A DNA stretch of 64,000 nucleotides from an uncultured bacterium (GCA_963822585.1 CAWGIE010000019.1:448001-512000), one strand, 5' to 3'; positions 31,312 through 42,304 are shown, numbered from the stretch's first letter. Numbers and translations are program-made. The notes: generated from the sequence alone by a model not told the origin.

Positions 31312-31499
31312 CCGAACCGCCTCATTTATTTAAGTATTAATGCAGATACTATATGGTTGCTGTCGAATGTCAATGTCTCATTGCACCGGTCCTGATTATG
31401 GCGATATTTTCATATCCCATCCGTGTAATACCGGAATTCATCACCCGGATAGAGATCAGGGCGAGTAACGACAGCCCCGGTTTCCGGCAGATTGCCTAC

Positions 31500-31750
31500 C
31501 GGGTAGCTCCTCCAGCTGGGTATGGGCGGTGTCGCGATGGCCGGGATGACTTATTTCCTTACCCCTTCCTGCTTTCTGGATTTCAGTTATGCCCACGCGA
31601 GGACGGAAAACCATACCTATAACTTTTCCGGCCTCTTGACCAACCCCCATGGCGCCGACGGGACGGCAATCACCGGCACGCTGGATGGTTCCTTCTCCGG
31701 GAAGGTGATTACACAAGGGCTTACACTCACAGTCAATCTGGCGTTCTGCA
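31500..31750 (+). pseudogene. Possible C-terminal remnant of an outer-membrane beta-barrel gene
   Basis: AGMTYFLTPSCFLDFSY..QGLTLTVNLAF amphipathic strands ending in F, followed by TGC (possibly a mutated TGA); no start; terminator follows. Confidence 0.35.
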
Positions 31751-31777
31751 TTGAACGGCGGTTTGTAAACAGACCAG

Positions 31778-31812
31778 AAAAAAGGAGGGGGCCATCCGGC
31801 CCCCTCCTTTTT
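31778..31812. terminator. Bidirectional rho-independent terminator
   Basis: aaaaaaggagggggcc-atcc-ggccccctcctttttt. Confidence 0.75.
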
Positions 31813-31926
31813 ACTGAATATTATCTTCGCCCTTGCTTTCTCCGTATTCTTCATGGACAATTCCAACCCAGGAATCGGTCCTTCTGCATCAGTTATTTAA
31901 CTATTTAACGCCGTCCCTTACTTTAA

Positions 31927-32676
31927 ATGCAGATTGTCGATAATATTGAGCCGTTGGTGACGGCGCTGATCTTCGCCGGCATTTTCTACTTTGGAGGAAT
32001 GCTTCGTCTCCCCCAACGGGGACACCACCGGGCTCTACTCTCCTTCGGAGCAGGGGTCTCGGTTGCCTATGTCTTCGTCAATCTACTGCCTGAGTTGGAG
32101 ACGGCCCGGGGCGTCTTTTTCCGTTCGACCGCTCTCATCTCCCTCCCTTTCCGCGATCTCAGCGTGAACCTTGCCGCTATGATCGGGTTTATGGTATTTT
32201 ACGCCCTGGAAAACGTTGTGGCCTGGTCGAAAAAGACCGCCGGGAAGAGAAAGGAGTCCGGGACCGCTGGTGATTCTATCTTCTGGCTCCACATCGGAGG
32301 ATTCGCCGTCAGTGTCTGGCTGGTCAGTTACCTCCGGATCCGAAATATCGACGAAGGAACCGTCCCCCTCGCCCTTTACACGGTGGCTATGGGGTTCCAT
32401 TTTCTGGCGACAGACTATGCTCTCAGCTGCGAACACGGAGAACTGTATCAGCGGCTGGGACGCAAAGTTCTGGCGGCCGCGGCACTTCTCGGGTGGGCGG
32501 TCGGGGCGGTGGCCGAGTTGCCGCAACCGGTGGTGGTTGTCCTCTTCGGGTTTGTGGCCGGGGCGGTGATTATGAACAGCATGATTATGGAGCTCCCCCG
32601 GGAGAAAGAGGGAAAGTTCGGTGCTTTCCTCCTGGGTGGTATTATCGATACCGCCCTCCTCCTCCTGCTCAGGTGA
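31927..32676 (+). CDS. Hypothetical multi-TM membrane protein (ZIP-like)
   Basis: SFGAGVSVAYVFVNLLPEL; about 8 TM. Confidence 0.7.
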   Translation: MQIVDNIEPLVTALIFAGIFYFGGMLRLPQRGHHRALLSFGAGVSVAYVFVNLLPELETARGVFFRSTALISLPFRDLSVNLAAMIGFMVFYALENVVAWSKKTAGKRKESGTAGDSIFWLHIGGFAVSVWLVSYLRIRNIDEGTVPLALYTVAMGFHFLATDYALSCEHGELYQRLGRKVLAAAALLGWAVGAVAELPQPVVVVLFGFVAGAVIMNSMIMELPREKEGKFGAFLLGGIIDTALLLLLR

Positions 32677-32724
32677 TAGCCCCGGTGATTGCGATTTTTC
32701 AACAACTCAGGGAGAAGATAACAC

Positions 32725-33612
32725 ATGAAAGACAGCGTCTTTAACAGGTATGAAATATTTGCAAGATGGGATGAGTCATTCTTTCACTTCCTGCCAAGAA
32801 TTGTTCTGGCCGTGGTGGTCTTGGCGGCATTCTATTTTCTCGCGAAAATTGTCCGGCACTACTCATTGAAGCTCTATATCAGAATACTAAAAAAGCAGAC
32901 CAGCCTGGCGAAAGTAATATCCCTGGTACTTTATATTGCAGTAATCACCTCGGGAGGAATCTTTGCATTAGAGATCATAGGCCTGGAAAGCTACGTGACC
33001 AAGGTGCTGGCCGGTGCCGGCATCATCGGTATCGTTGCGGGTTTTGCCTTTAAAGATATCGCCGCAAATATGTTTGCCGGATTACTGGTGAATCTTCAGA
33101 AACCCTTCAAGAAAAATGACTGGGTCAGAATAGACAGCAAGTTCGGCACCGTGAACGAGATGGGGTGGATCACAACTTCGATAAAGAATATCAGCGGCCA
33201 GGAAGTCTTTGTTCCCAACCAGCTGATCTACAAAAACACCTTTACCAACTATTCCGCGTATAAAAAGCGACGTGTCATCGTGCGGGGCGGCGTGACGCGT
33301 GGTGATGATCTGGAGAAGGTGAGGAGCGCTACCCTTGACGAAGTCGGCAAGATAAAAGCTGTCATGAAGACGGAGGCGACAGATTTCTATTTTACGGACA
33401 TCGGCAGTTATGCGTATAATTTTGAAGTCCGTTTTTGGATTGAATTTTTAAAGCAAACAGACTATTTGAATGCCATGAGCGAGGCAATTATGCGGATTAA
33501 AAAGCGTTTTGAACAAGAAAAGATCACCATTGCGTATCCTGTTCAATCGTTAGACTTCGGCGTAAAGGGCGGTGTGAGTATATTTGACAATCCTTTGGAG
33601 ATTAAGAAATGA
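32725..33612 (+). CDS. mscS: Small-conductance mechanosensitive channel
   Basis: AGIIGIVAGFAFKDIAANMFAG..KPFK..D; VFVPN. Confidence 0.92.
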   Translation: MKDSVFNRYEIFARWDESFFHFLPRIVLAVVVLAAFYFLAKIVRHYSLKLYIRILKKQTSLAKVISLVLYIAVITSGGIFALEIIGLESYVTKVLAGAGIIGIVAGFAFKDIAANMFAGLLVNLQKPFKKNDWVRIDSKFGTVNEMGWITTSIKNISGQEVFVPNQLIYKNTFTNYSAYKKRRVIVRGGVTRGDDLEKVRSATLDEVGKIKAVMKTEATDFYFTDIGSYAYNFEVRFWIEFLKQTDYLNAMSEAIMRIKKRFEQEKITIAYPVQSLDFGVKGGVSIFDNPLEIKK

Positions 33613-33675
33613 CAAACTCGGGACTCTCATTGATAGTCGTGCACCGGAAGACTCTCACGGGAATGGAACGAAGGA

Positions 33676-34821
33676 GTGGCAATGAACTATAGTTTTAAGT
33701 TTAGGAATACCTATCTCCCCCTGGCATTCGCAATAATACTCTCTTTCAACGGACTGTTAGCTGTTTTCTCAGCGCTCCTCCCCATTATTAAAGGGGTGTT
33801 TATTCCTGAAATATCAGAGGTAACGCAGCATTATACCCTGCGGCCCGGAGATCATATCAACTGCGGGCTGCAGATACTGCTGGGGTACGCCTTGATAATT
33901 CTGGGGAAAGGGCTGTATTACAGGAAGAGAAAGACATGGTATTTCAGCGTTATCCTATTAGTTTTGATGATAGCAAGCAACATATGGATAAGCAGCCATT
34001 TTAATAAAATAACAATAGCTTACATCGTTGTGGTTTTATCCTTACTGGCGTCGTATAGGATCTTTAACGTTAAAAGCCAACCGAATCGTTTCAGTTATTA
34101 TCAGATCCTGGTGTTTATTTCAGTCGTGCTTTCTTTTTTATACGGAATCGTGGGAAGTTATCTTATTAAAGATCAGTTTAACGGCCTGAAAACCTGGGGC
34201 GATTCAGTTTATTTTACCTTGATTACCTACAGCACTATCGGTTACGGAGATATCACCCCGGTAACTCAAACTGCCCGGATTTTCGTAACCACGATGGTAT
34301 TAATCGGACTGGGGACATTCGCGACTGCTCTGACCGTTGTTGTTTTACCGGTTATAGAAGATAAAATGCAAAAAGTTTTGAAAATAGTGAAGGGAGTGAG
34401 AAAAATGAATAATCATGTAGTCTTGTGCGGTTATACGACACTGACGAAAGTTTTAATCCAAAAATTAGCAGCCAGGAAAATTCCTTTTATCATCATTGAC
34501 GATGCTAACCGCAGTCATCCCGTGGCGGAAAAACTCGGATATAATGTGGTCGTCGGGAACGGAACTGATTCAGACATACTTAAGGATGCCAGTATTTCCG
34601 ATGCAGACGCTATAATATCCCTTTATGAAAGTGATGCCGATAATATCTTAACGGGTATCACGGTAAACGAGGTATTGAAAGGGGGAAAGAAGCCGAAAAG
34701 TATCATACTGAGAATTGAAAATGAAGACAACATAGCCAAGGCTTTAAGTATCGGGGCTACACAGGTCATATCTCCATCTTTGTTGGCGGCCAACGGGATC
34801 CTTGAGAAAAGTTTTCAATGA
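33676..34821 (+). CDS. Potassium channel with RCK (TrkA-N) domain, Kch-like
   Basis: STIGYGDITP selectivity filter; NHVVLCGY..GNGTD..DADNI RCK domain. Confidence 0.92.
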   Translation: MAMNYSFKFRNTYLPLAFAIILSFNGLLAVFSALLPIIKGVFIPEISEVTQHYTLRPGDHINCGLQILLGYALIILGKGLYYRKRKTWYFSVILLVLMIASNIWISSHFNKITIAYIVVVLSLLASYRIFNVKSQPNRFSYYQILVFISVVLSFLYGIVGSYLIKDQFNGLKTWGDSVYFTLITYSTIGYGDITPVTQTARIFVTTMVLIGLGTFATALTVVVLPVIEDKMQKVLKIVKGVRKMNNHVVLCGYTTLTKVLIQKLAARKIPFIIIDDANRSHPVAEKLGYNVVVGNGTDSDILKDASISDADAIISLYESDADNILTGITVNEVLKGGKKPKSIILRIENEDNIAKALSIGATQVISPSLLAANGILEKSFQ

Positions 34822-35957
34822 AATCAGGAATGACTGAGGAGTTTAAGATGAAATACAGTAAGGTTAATTATTTTCTCTATGCTGCATTGGCAGCCACGGC
34901 CGTGATGATCACTTCCCTTCAGCAGGCCGAAGCCTGTACCCGTGCGGTCTATATCGGAGAGAATGGGACCGTCATTACCGGGCGATCGATGGACTGGGCC
35001 GAGGAGATGCAGACCAATCTCTGGGTTTTTCCGCGCGGCATGAAGCGCGACGGCGCCGCCGGGTCGGATTCACCGACATGGACTTCCCGGTACGGGAGCG
35101 TGATCGCCTCCGGATATGAAATAGGCACGGCGGACGGCATGAACGAGGCGGGATTGGTCGCCAATCTGCTCTATCTGGCCGAATCGGATTACGGCAAGCC
35201 CGACGGTAAGGCTCCTCTTTCGATCTCCCTCTGGGCCCAATACGTGCTGGACAACTTTGCCACCGTTGCCGAAGCCGTGGATGCTCTGCGGGAGGAACCC
35301 TTTCGTCTGATCGCTCCGGAGTTGCCTAACGGACGGCCCGCCCAGTTACACCTGGCAATCTCTGATGCTGCCGGCGACTCGGCAATATTCGAATACATCG
35401 CGGGCAAGCTTGTTATCCACCACGGCAAGCAGTACCAGGTGATGACGAACTCCCCGTCTTACGACCAGCAACTCGCGTTGAATGACTATTGGGCCATGAT
35501 AGGCGGTCTAACCTTTCTTCCGGGGACGAACCGGGCGGCCGATCGGTTCGCCCGGGCTTCTTTCCTTATCAACGCGATCCCGAAGACCGTCGATGAAAAC
35601 TACATCAAAGCAGTGCCGGGCGGCACCTATGAGAATCAGGCCGCGCTCAGCGTTCTCAGCGTGATTCGCAGCGTCGGTGTGCCGCTCGGCATTACGACAC
35701 CAGGCCAGCCCAACATCTCGTCGACGATATGGCGCACTGTTGCGGACCATAAGAACAAAGTCTATTTCTTCGATTCGGCCACCAGCCCAAACGTATTCTG
35801 GGTGCCGTTTTCCGAGCTTGATCTGACGAAAGGCGCCGGAGTGAAGAAACTCACGGTGGCCGGAGGCAGGATATATGCCGGAAACGCGGCCGGAAAGTTC
35901 GAACCGGCCAAGCCTTTTACCTTTCTCCCGGCGAATCCCGAAGCGCCCGAAGAATAA
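34818..35957 (+). CDS. Linear amide C-N hydrolase (choloylglycine hydrolase/penicillin V acylase family), secreted
   Basis: Signal peptide AEA-CTR exposes the Ntn Cys; GRSMDW, DGMNEAGL, MTNSP, DRFARA; start may be 34848. Confidence 0.93.
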   Translation: MKSGMTEEFKMKYSKVNYFLYAALAATAVMITSLQQAEACTRAVYIGENGTVITGRSMDWAEEMQTNLWVFPRGMKRDGAAGSDSPTWTSRYGSVIASGYEIGTADGMNEAGLVANLLYLAESDYGKPDGKAPLSISLWAQYVLDNFATVAEAVDALREEPFRLIAPELPNGRPAQLHLAISDAAGDSAIFEYIAGKLVIHHGKQYQVMTNSPSYDQQLALNDYWAMIGGLTFLPGTNRAADRFARASFLINAIPKTVDENYIKAVPGGTYENQAALSVLSVIRSVGVPLGITTPGQPNISSTIWRTVADHKNKVYFFDSATSPNVFWVPFSELDLTKGAGVKKLTVAGGRIYAGNAAGKFEPAKPFTFLPANPEAPEE

Positions 35958-36024
35958 CTTCAGCGGACGGCGGGAATGGTTCCACCTTATTAAACCATTC
36001 TATTGCGTATCGTGTCCCCGGAAT

Positions 36025-37083
36025 TCATATAAGCGGAAACAAGATCTCCGTTTCAAGGTTTTCCGGGGTCGTGGTCCGGGGATCGTTCAGGTAGATTTCG
36101 TAGGTCACCCCTGGAACCGTATGCCCGTTTGCAGCCAGCCACTGTTCCAGCGCGGCATGGACCTCCGGCAACCGCTCATAGGGGCCCAGGTGGCGATAGG
36201 CGGCGTATGTGCCCCCGGGTATCCCGCTTACCGTGATAGTGTCCCTTCCCTCTATGCCGGGCCCGAAGGGAAGACCGATCTCGATATCCCGTCCCAATCC
36301 GTCAGAACCGTGATGGGCCAGAAAGGGCGACCCGCTGGGGATGTATCCTTTTTCCCCGGCGTATCGGCCAATAGCAAAAATAGACGCGCCGAGGGTTTGG
36401 GCCAGCGACGGCAGCGGCACCCGGGACCGGATGGTCAGAGCGGGCTGGGCGGAACGTTCGATAATGTCACACCGGAATTCTGATTCCGCGGCTGCTGTTT
36501 TCCCGGTGTCCTGTTTTGGTTTGTATTGCCTGCCGATGCTCCAGCCCGGCCCCCTATCTTCGCCCAGGGTGCGGTACCGGTTCTCGATACCGGAGTAGTA
36601 AATGGGATTGGCCTTCAGTATATCCACTTTCCGGTCCTTGCCCACCATCTCCTCGTTTACGTATACCTGTATAACCTCGCCAAAGTAGACGACATCCATG
36701 GCGAATTCCACTTTCTGCCCGGTATACCGGCACTCGCAGGTGATGGGGAATTCCTCGATCATGGGGGCGGTCTTCAATTCGCCGTAAAAGGTGGTGAAGA
36801 CGGCGGATTTATCGACATTCCTGCCGCTGACCAGCCCGCAGTAGTCGGTTTCCGTGACGTAATCGGCGGAGGGGACGTTAATGCTGAAGGTGCCGGTCTC
36901 GATGATTCCCTTCGGTGTGTGGTGTTTCCTGTTCAGACTGACATAGACGATCGGCGGCTTGATATTCACGCCGTTCACCAGGCCCACGGCCATATAATTA
37001 GGTTTTCCGTTCACGTTGGTCCCGACCAGAACAATCGGCACCACCGGGAGGGGAATATACGCGCCTGTCTTCACCTTTCCCAT
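36025..37083 (-). CDS. Flavin reductase-like protein fused to a GyrI-like effector-binding domain
   Basis: PIVLVGT..NYMA..DYCGLVSG..APMIEE; C-terminal H.GPY..L..YEIYLNDP. Confidence 0.85.
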   Translation of the reverse strand: MGKVKTGAYIPLPVVPIVLVGTNVNGKPNYMAVGLVNGVNIKPPIVYVSLNRKHHTPKGIIETGTFSINVPSADYVTETDYCGLVSGRNVDKSAVFTTFYGELKTAPMIEEFPITCECRYTGQKVEFAMDVVYFGEVIQVYVNEEMVGKDRKVDILKANPIYYSGIENRYRTLGEDRGPGWSIGRQYKPKQDTGKTAAAESEFRCDIIERSAQPALTIRSRVPLPSLAQTLGASIFAIGRYAGEKGYIPSGSPFLAHHGSDGLGRDIEIGLPFGPGIEGRDTITVSGIPGGTYAAYRHLGPYERLPEVHAALEQWLAANGHTVPGVTYEIYLNDPRTTTPENLETEILFPLI

Positions 37084-37120
37084 ATTGTCGTCTCCTTCTC
37101 GCATGATGTGGATCCGGAAG

Positions 37121-37156
37121 AAAAGGGCGACCCCGTTTACGGGACCGCCCTTTTTT
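37121..37156. terminator. Rho-independent terminator-like hairpin
   Basis: aaaagggcg-accccgtttacgggac-cgccctttttt. Confidence 0.55.
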
Positions 37157-37199
37157 GCCGGAGGAGGACGACTGCTCTCCGCCCCCCCTCTGCCAGTGC

Positions 37200-38120
37200 T
37201 TACAGGCCGCTGCGGACCGCGCGAACTTTATGGGGCGTCACGGTCTTACTCTGATATTCCACGGAGCCATTGCCGAAGTGGACGCACCAGGCGTAGGTGG
37301 AATCATCCTTTAAGGTAGTTCCGGACCAATAGTCACTATAATCTGTGTTCGGAAAATAAGTGGAGTTGACGGCGGGATAGCTTTTTCCCGCATTGATTAG
37401 CGATTCCAGTTCCCGGCGGTTCGGCAATCTCCAATCGTTATATCCGGCAAAGACTAGAAAATTCGCCCAGCCAATTGCCGTTTGCCAGTTTACTTCGGCA
37501 CCATAATCACATCCGGCATCGATCCCATCCTTGGCCCACATAAGACCGGTGACGTTATCGGTGACCGTCCCATCCCCGTTGTCGGTATAGCTGAAGGGCT
37601 GGCCGGCCCGGTAAATCCCGTCGTCACCGCTGGTGTATGCGGTAAACTGGCCCGTCTTGAGCAGCCTTCCCCTGGCCCCTCCCGCTTTCCCCGGGTTGAT
37701 CGCGAAGTCTCCGGAAGAACCAAAATACACTCGGGTGACGCCCCGGGCGGCCCAGAGGCCCGAAGTGGGCCGGAAGATGCCCAGGTCTTCCGTCCCGTCT
37801 CCATCGTAATCTCCCGTTCTTGATTCGTCGCCGCTTTGCCCGAAGTAAACCCGGGTAAGACCATGGATGGCCCAGAGACCGCTGGTCGCCCGGAAAATGG
37901 TCACGCGGTCAGTCCCGCTTCCGTCATAATCGCCGGGGACCGGAGCGTCGCCCGATTGCCCGAAATATACCCGGGTTACCCCCCTCACCGCCCAGAGACC
38001 TGAACCCGATCGGAAAACGGCGATGTCAGCTGTCCCGTCCCCGTTGAAGTCGCCGCCCAGGGAAATCAGGCCGAAACCCGTGCCCAACAGCATCAGTAAA
38101 ACCATCGCCCATTTCTTCAT
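37200..38120 (-). CDS. Secreted protein with N-terminal FG-GAP-like repeats and C-terminal DUF1566
   Basis: 3 D(F/Y)xG.G repeats; DNGDGTVTDNVTGLMW..DWRLPNRRELESL..YWS.T..VRAVR. Confidence 0.9.
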   Translation of the reverse strand: MKKWAMVLLMLLGTGFGLISLGGDFNGDGTADIAVFRSGSGLWAVRGVTRVYFGQSGDAPVPGDYDGSGTDRVTIFRATSGLWAIHGLTRVYFGQSGDESRTGDYDGDGTEDLGIFRPTSGLWAARGVTRVYFGSSGDFAINPGKAGGARGRLLKTGQFTAYTSGDDGIYRAGQPFSYTDNGDGTVTDNVTGLMWAKDGIDAGCDYGAEVNWQTAIGWANFLVFAGYNDWRLPNRRELESLINAGKSYPAVNSTYFPNTDYSDYWSGTTLKDDSTYAWCVHFGNGSVEYQSKTVTPHKVRAVRSGL

Positions 38121-38396
38121 CTTCTCTCCTCCTTTTATTTTTACCCCCGTAGTCTATTGAAAACCAAAACCCGGCAGGATAGAACTATCCGTACCGGGTC
38201 AGGTTTTCCCAACTTTATTTCCCCAGTTTATATCCATTGCATCTCCCAGGGATAAGGTGAACTTCTGGAACTTATTATTCTCCTCTCGAGCGGGGTGGTC
38301 AAGGAGTTTTGACTGAAAAGAAGAATCGCGCACGAACCTGGGTGTTAACCACCCTGAATTCATAGGGGATAAGGTGGCCCCACTATCAGGAGCGGC

Positions 38397-39308
38397 TCAA
38401 TAACAAGATTTTCCGCCGGGGTCCCTGACAACACGGAAACCGCCGCCGTTGGTTGCCTCAAAGTCCCGGTGCGAGTCCCGGCCGGCTGAGCTCAGGCCGG
38501 AGATTCCAAAGTACCACGATCCGCCCTTGAGCACCCTTCTTCCCGCTATACCGCCATCCTGCCAGGCCCGCTGATCGGCGGGGGCGCCGGTGAAGTTTTT
38601 ATGCCATGTGTCCGCGCACCATTCCCAGGCGTTCCCGGCCATATCGTAGAATCCCCACCGGTTGGGACGGTAGTTTCCGACCGGCGACGTCCAGGGATAT
38701 CCATCATCGCAAGAAGCCGTCTCCCATCCCCGGAAAATTTTTCCTGCCGAGGCGTCGGCGCCGTTGGCGTAGATGCAGGCTTCCTCCTGTTCGGTTCCCC
38801 AGTAAAAGACGGCATCGCTCCCGGCCCGGCACGCGAACTCCCATTCGGCCTCGGAAGGGAGGCGGTAGCCCTCCCCCAGCCAGAGGCAAAAAGCCCGGGC
38901 ATCATTGAAGCTGACGCAGACCACCGGGTGGCCGCTCTCCTGCCTGAAACCGGGAGTTTTCCAGTTGACCCCCCGCTTCTTCCCCCACTTTCTGCCGTCC
39001 CAGCCGGAAGCCTTCCCCCTTTTTTCGGCGTCCGTGACGTAACCGGTGGCCGCAACGAACGCCCTGAACTGCCCGAGGGTTACCTCTTTTTCTCCCAGGT
39101 AATAAGGCCGGCCGATCACAACCCGGTGCCGGGGCAGTTCGCTGGCGGGGCCGTCTTCCTCCGGTGCCTTCCCCATCATGAACTCTCCCGGCTTGACCAG
39201 GAGCAGTACCAACCCCGTCTTCTCCTCCCGCACCCGCTCCGGCAGGGAAGGGCCCCGGCAGGCAGCTGCCGACGACAAGATCGTTATGGCAAGAATAACC
39301 CGCATCAT
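38397..39308 (-). CDS. Formylglycine-generating enzyme (SUMF1/FGE-sulfatase) family lipoprotein
   Basis: EVT..QF, HPVVCVS, RLPSEAEWEFACRAG, DMAGNAWEWC, GFRVV. Confidence 0.93.
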   Translation of the reverse strand: MMRVILAITILSSAAACRGPSLPERVREEKTGLVLLLVKPGEFMMGKAPEEDGPASELPRHRVVIGRPYYLGEKEVTLGQFRAFVAATGYVTDAEKRGKASGWDGRKWGKKRGVNWKTPGFRQESGHPVVCVSFNDARAFCLWLGEGYRLPSEAEWEFACRAGSDAVFYWGTEQEEACIYANGADASAGKIFRGWETASCDDGYPWTSPVGNYRPNRWGFYDMAGNAWEWCADTWHKNFTGAPADQRAWQDGGIAGRRVLKGGSWYFGISGLSSAGRDSHRDFEATNGGGFRVVRDPGGKSCY

Positions 39309-39589
39309 TTTTTCTTCTCAACAAGGAGTCATTGTACCACGGCGGGATAAAAAGCAGAATCCCCTGAGCATCACCCTTCGATAAACGAATTTATCCTGAG
39401 CGTAGCCAAAGGAGGGCAAACAACCCGAACAATTTTCTTCGCGGTGTAGTTTCCGATTTTTTCCTACCGGAAATACCGTGGAGAACATCGCATCTCGGTG
39501 ATTCCCCTTGAGAAAACCCCAAAGCCCTACATCAATACTATCCTCGTCACCCTGGAATACAGTGAAGATATGGGCAGCGGAAAATTTTA

Positions 39590-40030
39590 TCAATCGGCGA
39601 AGAATTGCGCCGTGGTCGGAGCGTTCAAGAGCATGACCTGTGCCCCCTTGAACTGCTTGCGAAACTCATCGATTACCGCCTGCACCGCTTTGTCGATGGC
39701 CGGGTCTTCAGGGTGCACCAAGATGACCACCCATGTAGACTGTTTGTCAATCCGGCCGTTTTCGCGCTGCATCTGGCCATAAGCATCATAAACGGTCAGC
39801 CCCTTCGGGAATCGGGGAGTGATCACCCTGTTCAGAAACTCTCCCCATGCCCCTCGTGAAATCTCCTGGGCGCCCGGGATATCGCGGCCGAAATATATCT
39901 CGGTTTTAATCCACTTTGTGACTGTATCCGACCCGGCGCGGGCTTTCTCCGCCGACCAGACCGATTCCACCATGCCCATCATTCCGGCCACGAGTCCCAC
40001 AATGACGAACAAAATAACCAATCGTTTCAT
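39590..40030 (-). CDS. DUF3574 family secreted protein
   Basis: TEIYFGR..FL..VITPRFPKGLTVYDAYGQ. Confidence 0.85.
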   Translation of the reverse strand: MKRLVILFVIVGLVAGMMGMVESVWSAEKARAGSDTVTKWIKTEIYFGRDIPGAQEISRGAWGEFLNRVITPRFPKGLTVYDAYGQMQRENGRIDKQSTWVVILVHPEDPAIDKAVQAVIDEFRKQFKGAQVMLLNAPTTAQFFAD

Positions 40031-40398
40031 GGATTCCTCCTTAATCAAAGTTGTGTCTCTCAGCGTATCTTACCACACTATATGTTTGACGACATAGGCG
40101 GATAATCCAGCGGTCGATGTTGGATTAATTCTGTCGACTCGTCATAATGCTCGGCTCATGTCGAGTATCCAGGACGTTTTCGACTGCATCTTCGCTGCGG
40201 ATCGATGGCGGACGCTGGCACTGAGCTGGTGTCGCCGGGCGATTGAGGCGGTGAGGGAACTTCCCGTTACCGGTTTAACAAGATATCTTCGTGACACGAC
40301 ACAAGAAAAAGTGCTTTAATGCCGGTATTATATCTCTACCATAATTCAGTATCTAAAAAATAAAATCGGAGAATGTCAAAATACCGTGCTTGGATAAT

Positions 40399-41406
40399 AT
40401 GAGAAAAAGAGCATTAATAACGGGCGGAGCCGGGTTTATAGGCTCACATCTTTGCGGAAAACTCCTCGAAAGGGGGTGGAAGGTAAGGGCTATCGACAAT
40501 TTGTCGACTTCCCGCCTCCGTAATATTAAACAATACTTCAAAGACCCAAAATTCAAATTTTATGAAGACACAATAGTCAACAAGTCTCTGCTGAGGAGGC
40601 TGATAAAACAGTCGGATTTGATCTTTCATCTGGCCGCGGCGGTGGGTGTGAAATATATACTTGAGCATCCGCTTACTTCCATAGTCACCAATGTCAAAGG
40701 TACGGAGAATGTCCTGGAGATGGCTTCCCAATACGGGGTAAAAGTCATAGTCGCTTCCACATCTGAAGTTTACGGCAAACACCCTTTGGCATGCCAGCCC
40801 TTCAAGGAAGACGATGACCGGGTGATGGGACCCACCAGCGTAAGCCGCTGGGGATATGCCGAAGCTAAATCTATAGATGAATTTCTTGCGCTTGCCTATT
40901 TTAAAGAAAAAAAACTTCCGGTTGTAATAGTAAGGTTTTTTAATGTCGTGGGGCCGGTCCAGCTGGGAGTGTACGGGATGGTTCTGCCGCGGCTCATACA
41001 GCAGGCCCTGAACAACAAGCCATTGACGGTGTATGGTGATGGGCAGCAGCTGAGATCATTCACCTATATAGATGATGCTGTCGACGCATTGATAGCTCTG
41101 GCGGAGGAGAAAAGAGCCGAAGGGGAAATATTCAATATCGGCAGCTATCAGACCATATCGATAAAGGACCTGGCAGCGAAGATAAAGAGAAAAACGCATC
41201 TAAAAAAACCCATAAAATATATTTCGTTCCGGAAAGCGTTCGGGAAACACGCTCGTGATTTTGAAGATATGTCCTGCCGTATTCCGGACCTTTCCAAGAT
41301 AGAGAAAATGATCAAATATCGCCCGGCACATGATATCGACGATATTATAGACAGGACTTTGTTATACGCAAAAAAGGAGAAGCAATGGTCGGTAAAAAAA
41401 ACGTGA
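40399..41406 (+). CDS. NAD-dependent nucleotide-sugar epimerase/dehydratase
   Basis: ITGGAGFIGSHL, ASTSEVYG, YAEAK, GDG.Q.RSF. Confidence 0.95.
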   Translation: MRKRALITGGAGFIGSHLCGKLLERGWKVRAIDNLSTSRLRNIKQYFKDPKFKFYEDTIVNKSLLRRLIKQSDLIFHLAAAVGVKYILEHPLTSIVTNVKGTENVLEMASQYGVKVIVASTSEVYGKHPLACQPFKEDDDRVMGPTSVSRWGYAEAKSIDEFLALAYFKEKKLPVVIVRFFNVVGPVQLGVYGMVLPRLIQQALNNKPLTVYGDGQQLRSFTYIDDAVDALIALAEEKRAEGEIFNIGSYQTISIKDLAAKIKRKTHLKKPIKYISFRKAFGKHARDFEDMSCRIPDLSKIEKMIKYRPAHDIDDIIDRTLLYAKKEKQWSVKKT

Positions 41407-42263
41407 TCGGGAAAATATCGGCACTATTGATTTTCTTGATTATATGCGGGACCTCTTTTGATGTGAAGGCCCAGAACACTCAGGTCGGAGAGGATATAAC
41501 GGCCGATAGGGCTCCGGCAATGCGCGTTATCAAAGCGCCTCCGGAAGAAGAACCTGTATATGCGGAAAAGGTGTATCTGCATTCGTTTTATGAGATTGAC
41601 CGGGTGAAACAGGGATCCAAAAAAGGATACTGGCAGACCTGGACGAGCCGGATCGCGTATCTCAACCATAACCTACAGCAGCCGTATATCGATTTCACGG
41701 AATATAAAAGGTTTTCCGAAGAAAATTACAACCTTGAAGCGGGAACCTATTTTAAATTGAAGAACGGATATATCCACGGGGGCGTCGGATTCGGAGATTT
41801 CGTTGAAACGAATTTCACCTATCAATGGAAGGGGTTTCTGGAAGTCGAATACAATCTCTTCAGTACTTTGTATATGAACGTAGAAGGCAAGTACCTTCAG
41901 AAGAATCCGGATAATGTCTACGTTCTTACTCCGGGACTGGTTTATTATTTCGGGGATCATTATATAACCGCAGTTTACGGGGCGACTTTTATCGAGAGCC
42001 GCGGAGAAGGGAATTTCGGTACGTTCAAGGGGAGTTTTATGGTAACCGGGCATATCAATGTTTACGGAGGGACGGCAATTGGAGAATGGCTGTACGACAT
42101 ATACGGATTAAAGGCCTCAAAAGAGTTCGGGTATATCTTTTTTGCCGGAATTAACGTTAACATTATGAAAAATAGTAAGCTGATGTTGTCGGGATCCTGG
42201 GCTCACGAAAACCCGGAATTCGATAGCTGCGGGATAAATGTTGGTCTTTTAGGAAAATTTTAA
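41385..42263 (+). CDS. YaiO-like outer-membrane beta-barrel protein
   Basis: Signal peptide; aromatic amphipathic strands; C-terminal F; next to HEAT and GT2 genes. Confidence 0.7.
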   Translation: MVGKKNVIGKISALLIFLIICGTSFDVKAQNTQVGEDITADRAPAMRVIKAPPEEEPVYAEKVYLHSFYEIDRVKQGSKKGYWQTWTSRIAYLNHNLQQPYIDFTEYKRFSEENYNLEAGTYFKLKNGYIHGGVGFGDFVETNFTYQWKGFLEVEYNLFSTLYMNVEGKYLQKNPDNVYVLTPGLVYYFGDHYITAVYGATFIESRGEGNFGTFKGSFMVTGHINVYGGTAIGEWLYDIYGLKASKEFGYIFFAGINVNIMKNSKLMLSGSWAHENPEFDSCGINVGLLGKF

Positions 42264-42304
42264 TCCACATCTTTAAATAAATTTTTAAGAAGGCAGCTGA
42301 TAGC

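Noticed and set aside
37200..39308. Diversity-generating retroelement targeting the DUF1566 or FGE C-termini
   Set aside because: No reverse transcriptase, and no adenine-variant template repeat seen in the window.
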